60,239 bases of DNA from a virus (taxonomy: Duplodnaviria > Caudoviricetes), in IMG/VR virus record IMGVR_UViG_3300045738_002385, positions 1 through 60,239 of that record; one strand, 5' to 3'. Position numbers and translations under genes: made by a program. Positions 18,016 to 28,200 of the stretch are shown here, one piece after another. The notes beneath the pieces are model-generated. The model worked only from the letters and a program-made list of their open reading frames with translations, was not told the origin of the DNA and ran no database searches. The number at the start of each line of letters is the position of its first letter. Within the stretch, counting starts at the first letter, position 1.

Positions 18016-19178
18016 TGGAAGAAGAAAAGCAAAATCAAGAAGAAAAAATTGGAGAGGATATAGCTTCCTATTGGCACGGAGAACCAGACATTTCCATGCC
18101 AGACATTCCAATGCCGTCTGCACCAAAGCTACCAGAAAAAAACAAAGACGAATGTGACGTAGCCTTTAAGTTTGCATTCGTAGGAGCAGGACAGGGTGGA
18201 TCAAGAATTGCAGAAGCCTTTTACAAGTTGGGTTATAGAAAACTCTCTGCTATTAATACGGCCCAGCAAGACCTTAACACGATTCGCTTGGACAACAAGC
18301 TTTGCATAGGCGAAGGTGGCGCAGGCAAAGATCCTGCGGTGGCAGAGAAATGTTATTCAGACAGAGAAGAGGATGTGCTTGATTTTATGTACGACTCTTT
18401 CGGCGAAGACATTGATAGAATTTTTATATGCGCTGGTGCAGGTGGAGGCTCTGGCGCAGGAACGCTTTGCCCTCTTGTCAGAACAGCTAGAGAAATGCAA
18501 ATTTCAATTAAGGCGCCCACTGATAAGGTAGGTGTTATTTTGGCTTTACCGAAACACTCAGAAGGAAAAAGGGTTAACGCAAACGCATACAATACGCTAG
18601 CAAAAGTTTGGCAGCTATTGGATGAGGGTTTGGTTTCTCCTTTAATTATTTTAGACAATGAAAAAATTAGTAAACTTTATCCCGGTCTGGCAGTTGGTCC
18701 ATTTTGGAAGACTGCCAATAGAAGTATTGCTGGCCTTTTTCATTTATTTAACCACACTGCGGTGAAAGACAGCAGCTACTCTGCTTTCGATTCTAATGAC
18801 TTTAAACAAATCTTGGATTCTGGTTTTATTTTGTTTGGGGCGTCTCCGGTAGAAAACTGGAAAGACCCATCGAGCATATCTAAAACAGTTAGAGAGAATT
18901 TAAGAAACAATGTTTTATGTGACGGGGTTGACTTGAGTAGTGGTAATTCAGCAGGGGTAGTAATGATTGGCGGCGAAGAAGTTTTAAACGAAGTTCCCCA
19001 AGATAGCCTAGACCGAGCTTTTGGTCAATTTTCAAGATTACTTAGAAAAGGCAGCGTGGTCCATAGGGGAATATATAGCAGTGACAAACCCAATTTGATT
19101 GTGTATACAGTTATCGGTGGATTAGGTCGCCCAGATCTTAAGCTGGAAGAGCTCAAGGAGCTTGGGGACCTTAATTAA
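18015..19178 (+). CDS. Tubulin/FtsZ-family GTPase (PhuZ/TubZ-like)
   Basis: GAGQGGSRIA, AINTAQQDL, GAGKDP, signature GAGGGSGAG, IILDN, T7-like FDSND. Confidence 0.9.
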   Translation: MEEEKQNQEEKIGEDIASYWHGEPDISMPDIPMPSAPKLPEKNKDECDVAFKFAFVGAGQGGSRIAEAFYKLGYRKLSAINTAQQDLNTIRLDNKLCIGEGGAGKDPAVAEKCYSDREEDVLDFMYDSFGEDIDRIFICAGAGGGSGAGTLCPLVRTAREMQISIKAPTDKVGVILALPKHSEGKRVNANAYNTLAKVWQLLDEGLVSPLIILDNEKISKLYPGLAVGPFWKTANRSIAGLFHLFNHTAVKDSSYSAFDSNDFKQILDSGFILFGASPVENWKDPSSISKTVRENLRNNVLCDGVDLSSGNSAGVVMIGGEEVLNEVPQDSLDRAFGQFSRLLRKGSVVHRGIYSSDKPNLIVYTVIGGLGRPDLKLEELKELGDLN

Positions 19179-19239
19179 GTTATAAAAATTTTTGATATTT
19201 TATGTCTTCCACTTATTATATAAACAAGGAATAAATATT

Positions 19240-19446
19240 ATGGCAGTAAAAAATGAAGTAAAACCGGGTTGGAAAACTACGGAATTTTGGTTAACCGTTG
19301 TGGTCGCGTTGGGATCTTTGCTCTGGGGAGCAGATATTCTCAATCCCGAGGCCGCTGGAACAGCTAATAAGGTCTTTGGCCTTATCGTTTCTGGTCTGGC
19401 TGCGGTTGGATACACAGTGTCTAGAGGTCTCGCCAAGAAGGGTTAA
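19240..19446 (+). CDS. Holin-like membrane protein
   Basis: MAVKNEVKPGWKTTEFWLT..., two hydrophobic segments and a basic C-terminus; AAGGA Shine-Dalgarno site. Confidence 0.6.
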   Translation: MAVKNEVKPGWKTTEFWLTVVVALGSLLWGADILNPEAAGTANKVFGLIVSGLAAVGYTVSRGLAKKG

Positions 19447-19452
19447 TCCAAA

Positions 19453-19692
19453 ATGGCTTGGCTGACGGCACTGATAAAAGCCGTCTTGGAGTGGGTGACG
19501 GCTGAAGTAAAGAAAGATACTAAGGCTAGTGACGCCGATGCTGTACCCCAAGACCTAAGGGATAGATGGCGAGATCGGATAAACAAACAGTTAGAAAAGC
19601 AAAACAAAAAGGATGAAAAGCCTAAAGATGAAAAACCTAAAGAAAAATCTGAAAAAGAAATTGACGAGGCCCGCGACGCTGCTCATCGTTAG
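19453..19692 (+). CDS. Possible inner spanin-like protein
   Basis: N-terminal amphipathic/hydrophobic helix and charged tail; overlaps the downstream lipoprotein gene. Confidence 0.4.
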   Translation: MAWLTALIKAVLEWVTAEVKKDTKASDADAVPQDLRDRWRDRINKQLEKQNKKDEKPKDEKPKEKSEKEIDEARDAAHR

Positions 19693-19882
19693 TTTAGCAT
19701 TCTTGCTCGCGGGGTGTGGAAGCACAAGAGTCGTTTTTGTTGATACCGGCGCAGACATGGTAAGAATTGGCCCCAATGTGACCGGAAAATGTTACATACT
19801 TAAAAATGGAGAATGGGTTTTAAGCAAAAACAAGGTAAAACTACCAGAAGGATGGTATGCTGGGGGAATCCCTAAAGAATAG
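19613..19882 (+). CDS. Lipoprotein, possible outer spanin
   Basis: Basic N-terminus, hydrophobic stretch and lipobox LLAGC; overlaps the previous ORF in another frame. Confidence 0.55.
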   Translation: MKSLKMKNLKKNLKKKLTRPATLLIVSLAFLLAGCGSTRVVFVDTGADMVRIGPNVTGKCYILKNGEWVLSKNKVKLPEGWYAGGIPKE

Positions 19883-19904
19883 CTTTTTATAAACCAATGT
19901 CCCC

Positions 19905-19942
19905 TGCACCCGTGTAACTTATTCTACGGGTGCATTTTTTTT
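19905..19942 (+). terminator. Intrinsic terminator overlapping a GTGTAA element
   Basis: TGCACCCGTG/TACGGGTGCA stem followed by T8. Confidence 0.75.
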
Positions 19943-19955
19943 GGAGGACAAAACT

Positions 19956-20714
19956 ATGAGCGAACAAAAAAGAACGAAAGAAGAGATTCAAGCAGAAATC
20001 GAATCTAAATCTGCAGAGACCCAACACAAGCTTGCAGAAGTAAAAAAGACCGAAGCTGAAACCAGAAAAATGGAAGCAGAGGCAAACAAAGCCGAATTAG
20101 AATTTGAAAAGGCTTGGCGCTCAAGACAAAAAGAGGGTGCCTCAGATGAGGAAAATTTTCTTTATAGATTTTCCAAAGACGTAAATCATAACTCTGTTGA
20201 GGCGTGCATGAACAAGCTGACACAGTGGCACCGCAAAGACCCAAAATGCGATATTGAGATTGTTTTTTCTTCTCCCGGCGGAAGCATTATTGATGGATTT
20301 GAATTGTTCGATTACATCCAGCACTTAAGGAACCAAGGCCACAAGGTAACCACTGGCTCTTTGGGTATGGCTGCGTCAATGGCTGGTATTTTGCTTCAAG
20401 CCGGAGACGTTAGGTGGATTGGTCATCAAGCATGGTTAATGATTCACCGCGCTGCTTTTGGGGCAATTGGAAAAACTTTCGAGATAGAAGACGAGGTAAA
20501 ATTAGTAAAAAGAATTGAACAAAGAATTGTGGATATTTTTGTCTCCAGAAGTAAGTTAACCAAACTCAAAATTAAAAGAAATTGGGACAGAAAAGACTGG
20601 TGGATAGACGCAGACGAATGCTTAGAATTAGGGCTGGTTGATGAAATTAGAGCCATGATGCCAGAACATGTTGACGCCCCCCGCTACAAGACTAAATCAA
20701 AAAAGAAAAAGTAA
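19956..20714 (+). CDS. clpP: ClpP-like serine protease with an N-terminal coiled coil
   Basis: SSPGGS, GMAASMA (catalytic Ser), MIHR (His), DWWIDADECLELGLVD; GGAGG Shine-Dalgarno site before the ATG at 19956. Confidence 0.88.
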   Translation: MSEQKRTKEEIQAEIESKSAETQHKLAEVKKTEAETRKMEAEANKAELEFEKAWRSRQKEGASDEENFLYRFSKDVNHNSVEACMNKLTQWHRKDPKCDIEIVFSSPGGSIIDGFELFDYIQHLRNQGHKVTTGSLGMAASMAGILLQAGDVRWIGHQAWLMIHRAAFGAIGKTFEIEDEVKLVKRIEQRIVDIFVSRSKLTKLKIKRNWDRKDWWIDADECLELGLVDEIRAMMPEHVDAPRYKTKSKKKK

Positions 20715-20734
20715 CCTAAAGCTTCATTTCTAAA

Positions 20735-20983
20735 ATGAAAAAAGGGAGAAAAAAACGCACAAGGGGCGTGCCTTCGTATAGAACGCCTTCGATTCCTAAC
20801 CATTTAAATATAACTTGGGGAAAAAGATACTCACTAAAAGATAGAACCCCAGTTGTTTTCTTGGTGGTTTTTCTCGCTTGTTTATTCGTTCTGTTGTCTT
20901 TTTTAAGTGTAAGCAAAAAAGATGAAGATTCTATCGACAATAAAGGAGAAGGGGTCCGGCCTATTAAAAAGGATATCAAATAA
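20735..20983 (+). CDS. Hypothetical membrane protein
   Basis: 82 aa with one hydrophobic segment. Confidence 0.55.
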   Translation: MKKGRKKRTRGVPSYRTPSIPNHLNITWGKRYSLKDRTPVVFLVVFLACLFVLLSFLSVSKKDEDSIDNKGEGVRPIKKDIK

Positions 20984-21317
20984 CACAACCTCTGTATACA
21001 TCATAATTGCAATAGTTTCTTTTTTTATGATGTGGGGATTTGCTAGAGAAGTAAGCCACGCAGCAGAAGTCTTAAAGGTCCAGCACGAAAAAACTATTTT
21101 ACTTTTTGAGATAGAAAAAAATAACATTCTTTCAAACAACAAAGACAAAGTAATAAACCTGCAGTTTACAATTTTATCAAAACAAGGAAAACAAATCAAA
21201 AACTCTGATGAAGTTCTTAAAATGCAAGAAGACCTCCTCAGAAAGCTTATACAAAGGCTAAGAGATTTGGGTGAGTGGCCCCCTTCCCCCATTGATCCTA
21301 GAAAATTTACAATTTAA
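20922..21317 (+). CDS. Membrane-anchored coiled-coil protein
   Basis: Transmembrane segment followed by a helical region. Confidence 0.65.
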   Translation: MKILSTIKEKGSGLLKRISNNTTSVYIIIAIVSFFMMWGFAREVSHAAEVLKVQHEKTILLFEIEKNNILSNNKDKVINLQFTILSKQGKQIKNSDEVLKMQEDLLRKLIQRLRDLGEWPPSPIDPRKFTI

Positions 21318-21344
21318 ATAACTTCAGAAAGAAAGGAGCACTTT

Positions 21345-21620
21345 TTGAAAACGAAAATATTATTTCCCGGTAAACATGTACATTGGTGGCTCGGTTGCGA
21401 AGATACCGAAGTGAAACTTGCAGTCGAACATAAGGGTAGTTTGTGGCTCGTGCCCATAGAAAAAAAGACCGCAAAGAAAACGCAAAAGCCCGCACAAAAA
21501 AACAACTCCCCTTCCGATAACGAAAGGGGTACGGGAAGGGGTACTACGCTTGTTTTATTTTTGGCTGGAGCACTTGGGGTTAGCTTAGCTTTTAATTTGG
21601 TATTCTATTTATTAAAATGA
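21345..21620 (+). CDS. Hypothetical membrane protein
   Basis: AAAGGAG Shine-Dalgarno site before a TTG start; C-terminal transmembrane segment. Confidence 0.6.
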   Translation: MKTKILFPGKHVHWWLGCEDTEVKLAVEHKGSLWLVPIEKKTAKKTQKPAQKNNSPSDNERGTGRGTTLVLFLAGALGVSLAFNLVFYLLK

Positions 21621-22144
21621 AAAAAAAAATATCATGGGTCTTTGCTATAGCCTTTCTTCTGGGGCCATTTTTTTCTGGATGTGGAATTTTCCATCCGGCG
21701 ATAAAAGATAGTGATGGATACTATACTGCGCACTTCAATTGTTGCGGGCCAATATCCATAGAGAAAGCTATTAACAGATACTACCATAACCAAGGAATAG
21801 TCTTTGTTAGAAATCCGGCTCCACGAAAAGAGGTCAGCAAGATAATTCAAGATAATGGACAAGCCTTTAAAAGCTTTTTAGCCCTTTTAGATAGGGACGC
21901 GGTTTGCTCTACGTGGTCATGGGAAATAAAAGCGGCGGTAAAAAAATATGGCTTTACTTTAGTAAACGCAGATGACTTTGAAAAGCTAGACCCATCAAAG
22001 GATATTGCTTTTGTTTTGGTCCGGGGAAAATTCCTTAGTAAGGCGTGGCATTGGATGTGTTATCCAGTAGACACGAACATAAAAACGTTTTTTGGTTCTG
22101 ACACTAAAATAGATAAAATTCTACTTTTAAAAAAGATTAATTAA
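21617..22144 (+). CDS. Lipoprotein with a C39-like cysteine peptidase domain
   Basis: Signal peptide ending FFSGC; NCCGPISI and WHW motifs. Confidence 0.55.
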   Translation: MKKKISWVFAIAFLLGPFFSGCGIFHPAIKDSDGYYTAHFNCCGPISIEKAINRYYHNQGIVFVRNPAPRKEVSKIIQDNGQAFKSFLALLDRDAVCSTWSWEIKAAVKKYGFTLVNADDFEKLDPSKDIAFVLVRGKFLSKAWHWMCYPVDTNIKTFFGSDTKIDKILLLKKIN

Positions 22145-22217
22145 TACTATAGCCCCTTTATCCCTATAATATATTGAATATATAGGTGTAAGCTTCGTAG
22201 AATAAGGCATAAGGTAG

Positions 22218-25200
22218 ATGGGCAAATTCGATTTTTTAAATTTACCCTTTTTGGGACATGGATACGACGGTCCAGAAAGGTTAACGTATGGTTATACTGG
22301 ACAGGCCGGGAAAGCCTGTGACGGGCTATACGCATACGCATCTGGCCCAATAACCGCGCAGCACACAGTCCCTTGGGGAACAATAGGAACTGTCAGAAGC
22401 ATCAAGGAACAGGTTCTTCAGGGGACAGGGCTATCTCCTTCTCTGGACGAGTTTTCTAATTCAGGAGAATTCTCATCTCTCCCTTTCGACTACGATATAG
22501 TTCTTGATTATAATCCTTTTTGGCTAGACCCCATGCCAAAACTGGGGTCATGGTATAGCTCTAAATGTGGACTGTTCGTTCCCACCACAGAGGATACCTA
22601 TACAGACATAACGGGAAATTGCTCAAAAATACCATCTATGACCGGGCAAGAAACCATGAATGATAGAAATGCATTAGGCTATCATCCTTGCTTCGATGAG
22701 ACAGATCTTTTTCCCCATCCTATAGGAAACTATAAAAACATAGCGGGGCCGTTTGCGTGCCATTCCTATGGACCACAATACGAAACTAACCCAATGATGA
22801 CCCTTGGTGGGGAATATCAACACGTATACGCAAAACATGCCCTAGGTAACGAATGTGCAGACAGTGGAACTTACGTAGAAAACATAGACGATTCTTATGT
22901 TTGGTTTTGGACTGGGGGACACAGAAAACAAGGCGTTGGATATGACCTCCCTCGGGAGTTAGCGTTTTTCCCAAGAAGTGGAGTAGACGCTGACGCATAT
23001 AAGATAAGGTTCGAATGGAACAGGTATGAAGCCAACCAGATTCCTCCTCAGGTTTTTAAAAACAATTTCATAACAGGAAACTACAGGCCTCCTCATAGAC
23101 AATATAACCAAGGGCAAAGCAGAAAAGGCTGCTGCGGATATCTTCATAAAATAGACACAATAACAACTGGATTTGTTATATATTCTGGAGACGCAAGTCT
23201 AGGGATAAACGGTGTCACTGGGGGATTCTTATACGATCATAACGAAAATAAAATAGACCCAAACCAACATTTAAAAGAAAAATTTCTTACCTCTGGAATA
23301 GACATACCATACCCACATGGTCATGGCTTAGGCAGGGTGGATGCTACTCAGTTTTTTTGTGGCTATTGTAACGCAGAAGATCCCGATGTTAAATTCAATG
23401 CACCTTGGGTAAACCCCTGCCACCCTCCGGAACACGATCGCTGTTGGCCGGACTGTATAGTCAATTACAGCAAGGCAACTGTAGATTATTATAAGTCGGG
23501 ATGTTACGTTGGGCAAACAAATTATTTAAATATAGCAAATGTTTTATGTATAGAGCCACCTCCTCCATCTCCGACTCCAACATCGACTCCAACTCCAACA
23601 ATTTCAATTACCCCGTCGGTTACGCCAACGAATACGCCATCAGCTACGCCATCAGTTACGCCGTCGGTTACGCCAACGAATACACCCACACCAACTAGGA
23701 CACCGTCCAATACGCCATCGAATACGCCAAGCAATACACCATCGGTAACACCCTCAAATACGCCGAGCAACACCCCAAGTAACACGCCAAGCAGGACGCC
23801 AAGCAACACGCCCACTTCGTCGAATACGCCGACGCCGACTAACACTCCGAGCAACACGCCGAGCCCGACGTATTGTCCTTGGAGCCCAACGCCGACGCCG
23901 ACTAATTCTCCGACAGTTTCAAATACGCCATCGGTTACGCCTTCTCCTAGTGTTCCGCCGATAGGTTTCTCTTCCAATTATTGGGATTGTATTCATTGTG
24001 TAGACGGAGCCCCGCTTATTTCGCATCACGCGACAGAATCAGGATGCCAAGACTGTGTTGATAATCCTCCTCCGGGAGCGGATGCTTTCGGCGATTGCAT
24101 AAATGTATATTGTACTACGGGCGTTAGCGGTTTCTGTGTTTCTCATGATGTTTATTGTCCTCCGGTTTCGCCTACCCCGACCCCTGCTATGCCGCACTGG
24201 GATTGCCTTTATTGCTTAGACGGGGAAGTAGTTAGTTCGTCTCATGCGACAGAAACGGGATGCCAAGCCTGTGTTGACAATGCCCCTCAAAACGCTGAGT
24301 ACGGTGATTGTGTGCAGGTGACCAGCGGCGTTACTCATGATTTTTATTGTCCACCTCCGGGAGCATCTCCAACGCCTACGCCGACACCGACGCCAAAGCC
24401 AACGTGCTATTCTCCCACCCCAACGGTGTCTGCTAGCCCAACTAACACGCCTACTAATACGCCATCACGTTCTGTGTCAAGTACGCCGACGAATACGCCC
24501 ACTAATACGCCGTCGAATACTCCCACTAATACGCCGTCGAATACGCCGAGTAACACCCCGTCTACCACACCAACTCAAACGCCAACTAGGACTCCACCAA
24601 ACACACCGAGTAATTCACCATCGAGTACGCCATCGAATACGCCATCGAAATCCACATCTCCTCCTCCCGGGGTGTCAGTTAGCGTTAGCGTATCTAATCC
24701 TCCTACGCCGACGCCAACAACACCTATATTTCCACCACCGCCATCTCCATCGAATTCTCCGTCAGTTACGCCAAGCTGTTCATTGTGTCCATGGAGCCCT
24801 ACGCCGACACCAACCCCGGCTACAACGCCTAGTAGGTGGAAGTGTGTTTGCAATATAGGATTGCAGGGTATTCTCCCTGACGGGACGGTTATTAAAGCTC
24901 CCGATACTTGGAGATGTATTCCTGAAAGCGTAGGTAATGGTGATGAAGAATATACCGTGAACACATATGATACGCAGGCAGAGTGTCTATCCCGATGTGA
25001 CTGCGTCTCCCCTACCCCAACGCCTAGCCCGACTACGACTCCAACTTCTTCGCCGAAACCAGCGTGTTATTCTCCGACGCCTTCGCCTACGCCGACTATA
25101 ACGCCAAGTAAAACTCCCCAGAACTCACCGTCCGTAACCGCTAGCTTGACGGGCACACCGAAGCCGCATCCTAGCAGAAGTCCCGGGGCTCCGCCATCTC

Positions 25201-28200
25201 CTACGGCATCTAGTTCTCCCACACCGACGCCGACAAATACCCCCGTGCTGTGCCCAACAAACACCCCAACCCCAACGCCACTAGTGCCTCCTCCAGCGGG
25301 GACCCCGGGAGTTACCCCTTCTAATACTCCATCGGTTACGCCAAGTCGTTCCGGTTCTTTTGGAAGTGGCGCGGGCGATATAGTTCATTATTATAGGGCT
25401 AGACCATGTAGCCAAAACCCACAAAAGTGGCCTTGCAGTGATGCATTTGTTCCGGGGTATAATCGAGGGAGCGCAGATTGTGGATGTATAGGGATTGTTG
25501 GGTATGGTGGTGACTGCGACCCCGGCGCAGTTGGTGAATGCTATGACAAAAATACAGGCATAAATCTCCCAAAACAACCAAGCACATTTGGACTTAGGGC
25601 TGGTGCGCAAAAATCCTACTGTGAACGCTCAACATCTGCGGGTGGGCTCGGTGGCTGCTGGAGAGAAAGAACCATTGCGGTCTTCTCGCCGGGGTCGAGC
25701 AAAACTTGGTGTTGGATTTTAAATACTTATATAGGGCAAAAAAAGAATCGAATTTGCCCACAACATCATCCACAGTACCCATCTTGCGGCGAGCCTTGGC
25801 CTAACACGTGTGGAAGAGCGTTATTCAGAACAAGCGAATATCTGTTTTATAAAATCGTTGATAATCAAAATAAATATTGCGGAAATCCAAGCGACTGTGG
25901 AATAGTGGTAAGCCCAAAGACTCTTATGGCTTCTAGCGATACAGTTTTACATATTCAATCTGATACAACGGATGGAAGCACGACCTTTAAGGATTCATCT
26001 TCATTTTCTCATGCAGTTAGCGCTGGCTCACAAGGCGGTACGCCACTTGTTCATCACTCAACCGACCAAAAACAACGGGGCGCTACTTCTATATATTTTG
26101 CTGGGTCTCGATTGCCATACCAACCCAACACGGACGTTTTGGTAGTTGCAAACACCCCCGACTTACAGATACGAAAAAAAGATTTTACTATTGAGTGCTT
26201 GTTCTATATTGAAAAATTCAGGACCGGCTACGATTACGGGCGCTGGGGAAGCGGTTGTGAAGGCGGTTGTTACAGCGGGCTTATAAGTAAATCAAAAGAC
26301 ACGGGCCAAGGGTATTGTGCATCGTACGACGGGTGGACTCTAGGCTACTATGGTTCTTCCTCTTCTAAAGCTACTACCGGAATGTACAAAGGGAATTTAA
26401 TATTTGGCTATTACGATAGCTACAACAGGTGCACAAACCCAGTCTACTCCAGTATTTTCACAGCGAACAATACCCTAGTAGAAAAACGGTGGTACCATGT
26501 GTCTGTCTCAAGAACAGGCGGCGTCACAAAAATGTATCTCGATGGAATTCTACAGGGACAGTTCAATGATACGTACGATTACGACGAAACAAATAGAATA
26601 ATGATAGGAAATCAACATGCTCAGAGTTTCTCGGGCACGAATGATTATCTTCACAATGGCTACATAGATGAAATAAAAATATCAATTTCTCAATGTGTTG
26701 CTGGCGGCGACATTAATTATGGCCATGGTCTTGCTATAGGAAGATTTTATTTTGATTGGGAGCCTGATTATTATCACAATGGATATATAGATGAAATAAA
26801 AATATCAACAGGCGGGCGAGGCGGCACTGGAGACCTTTTGTTTATCAAATCTGCCACAACGGATGGGAGCATAACCTTTACGGATTTATCGCCAAATTCT
26901 CATACAATTAACCGTGGTGGTGGTGTCCATCACAAGACCGTTCCCACTCTCATTGATTCTACTATATCTTTTGATGGATTCGGAGACTGGCTAAGTATTG
27001 CTGGTAGCCCGGCCACTAAAGATTGGGATTTTGGAAAAGGAGACTTTACTATTGAATGCATTTTTTATGTAAAAAAATTGGCAAATAATTTTCTGCCGGC
27101 TCCCGGCTCAGTTGGTCTTATTGCTTCGATGGGGGACGCGGCAGGGGTCACAGATAATGGCTGGTCTCTAGCGTACGACGAATCGGGTATGATTTACTTT
27201 GTTATTCATACAAACGAAACTACACAAGTACTTACTCTTTCCAAGAAGAACGCAATACAAGAGGGGAAGTGGTATCATGTTGCTGTTACAAGAGAAGGGG
27301 AGGAAGCATGCTTATGGTTGGAGAGCGATACCTTCTCCATAGATGAGGCGCACAGTGGTGTTGATTGGAAACCCGAGGATGGACAAAAAGTAGATTGTCA
27401 ATCGTGTTCAGGCGCTGCCACCCCAAACACCCCGTCCAGCATCACAGCGGGGGCTCTACCCGAAGAGCTGCCAACCGCTCGAGACGCAGTTCAATATTGC
27501 GGTTGCACCTATTTTAAGGAGAAATTGGCGGAGACGAAGCTCGGGGAATGGGTGCGCTCTGGCTCGAATATGGTGTGGAGAGATTTGGTCGGATATGTCA
27601 ATGTCGGAGGTCGTTGGCGTCCTCCCTCGCCGCTTGGCCGACCGAATCTTAACCCAATTACCAAAACCTTTTATACAGACATTGTTTATCATTGTGGATA
27701 TGGAAACGGATTTGATACGACAACTGGCTTTAGCTTGCCCGCCTCAGAAGGCGCATGTAATTGTGGCTCTGTGCATCAGTCTACTGCGTGGAACAATAAA
27801 TGTTTTCCAAAGCAAAACAGTGGTACAATTTTCAAAAACAAAGGAGACCCGATCGGCGTGGGAACAAAGCTTTACCATAGTAAGGATCCAAACGATCCGG
27901 AGCCAGCGCGCATAGGGAAAACCAACAAAGAACCATGGGGTAAGAACACAATACCAGCCTCAACTGTTTGTACATCATCAACCATAACATATGGAATAAA
28001 AAATAGTTCCTTGCCGGCCCCCGGAATAAGTCAATGGATTACAGCAGAATGGGTTCTGGAGGGTGGAACTTGGGTAGCTAAAATTATTGCAGCAGGAAAC
28101 TGCACGCCTCCCCCATCTCCACCCGCAGTGGGAACGACGCCGCCTCCCACAGCAAGCCCCACAGAGTGTTTAACAAGGACGCCAACACCGACCGTACCTG

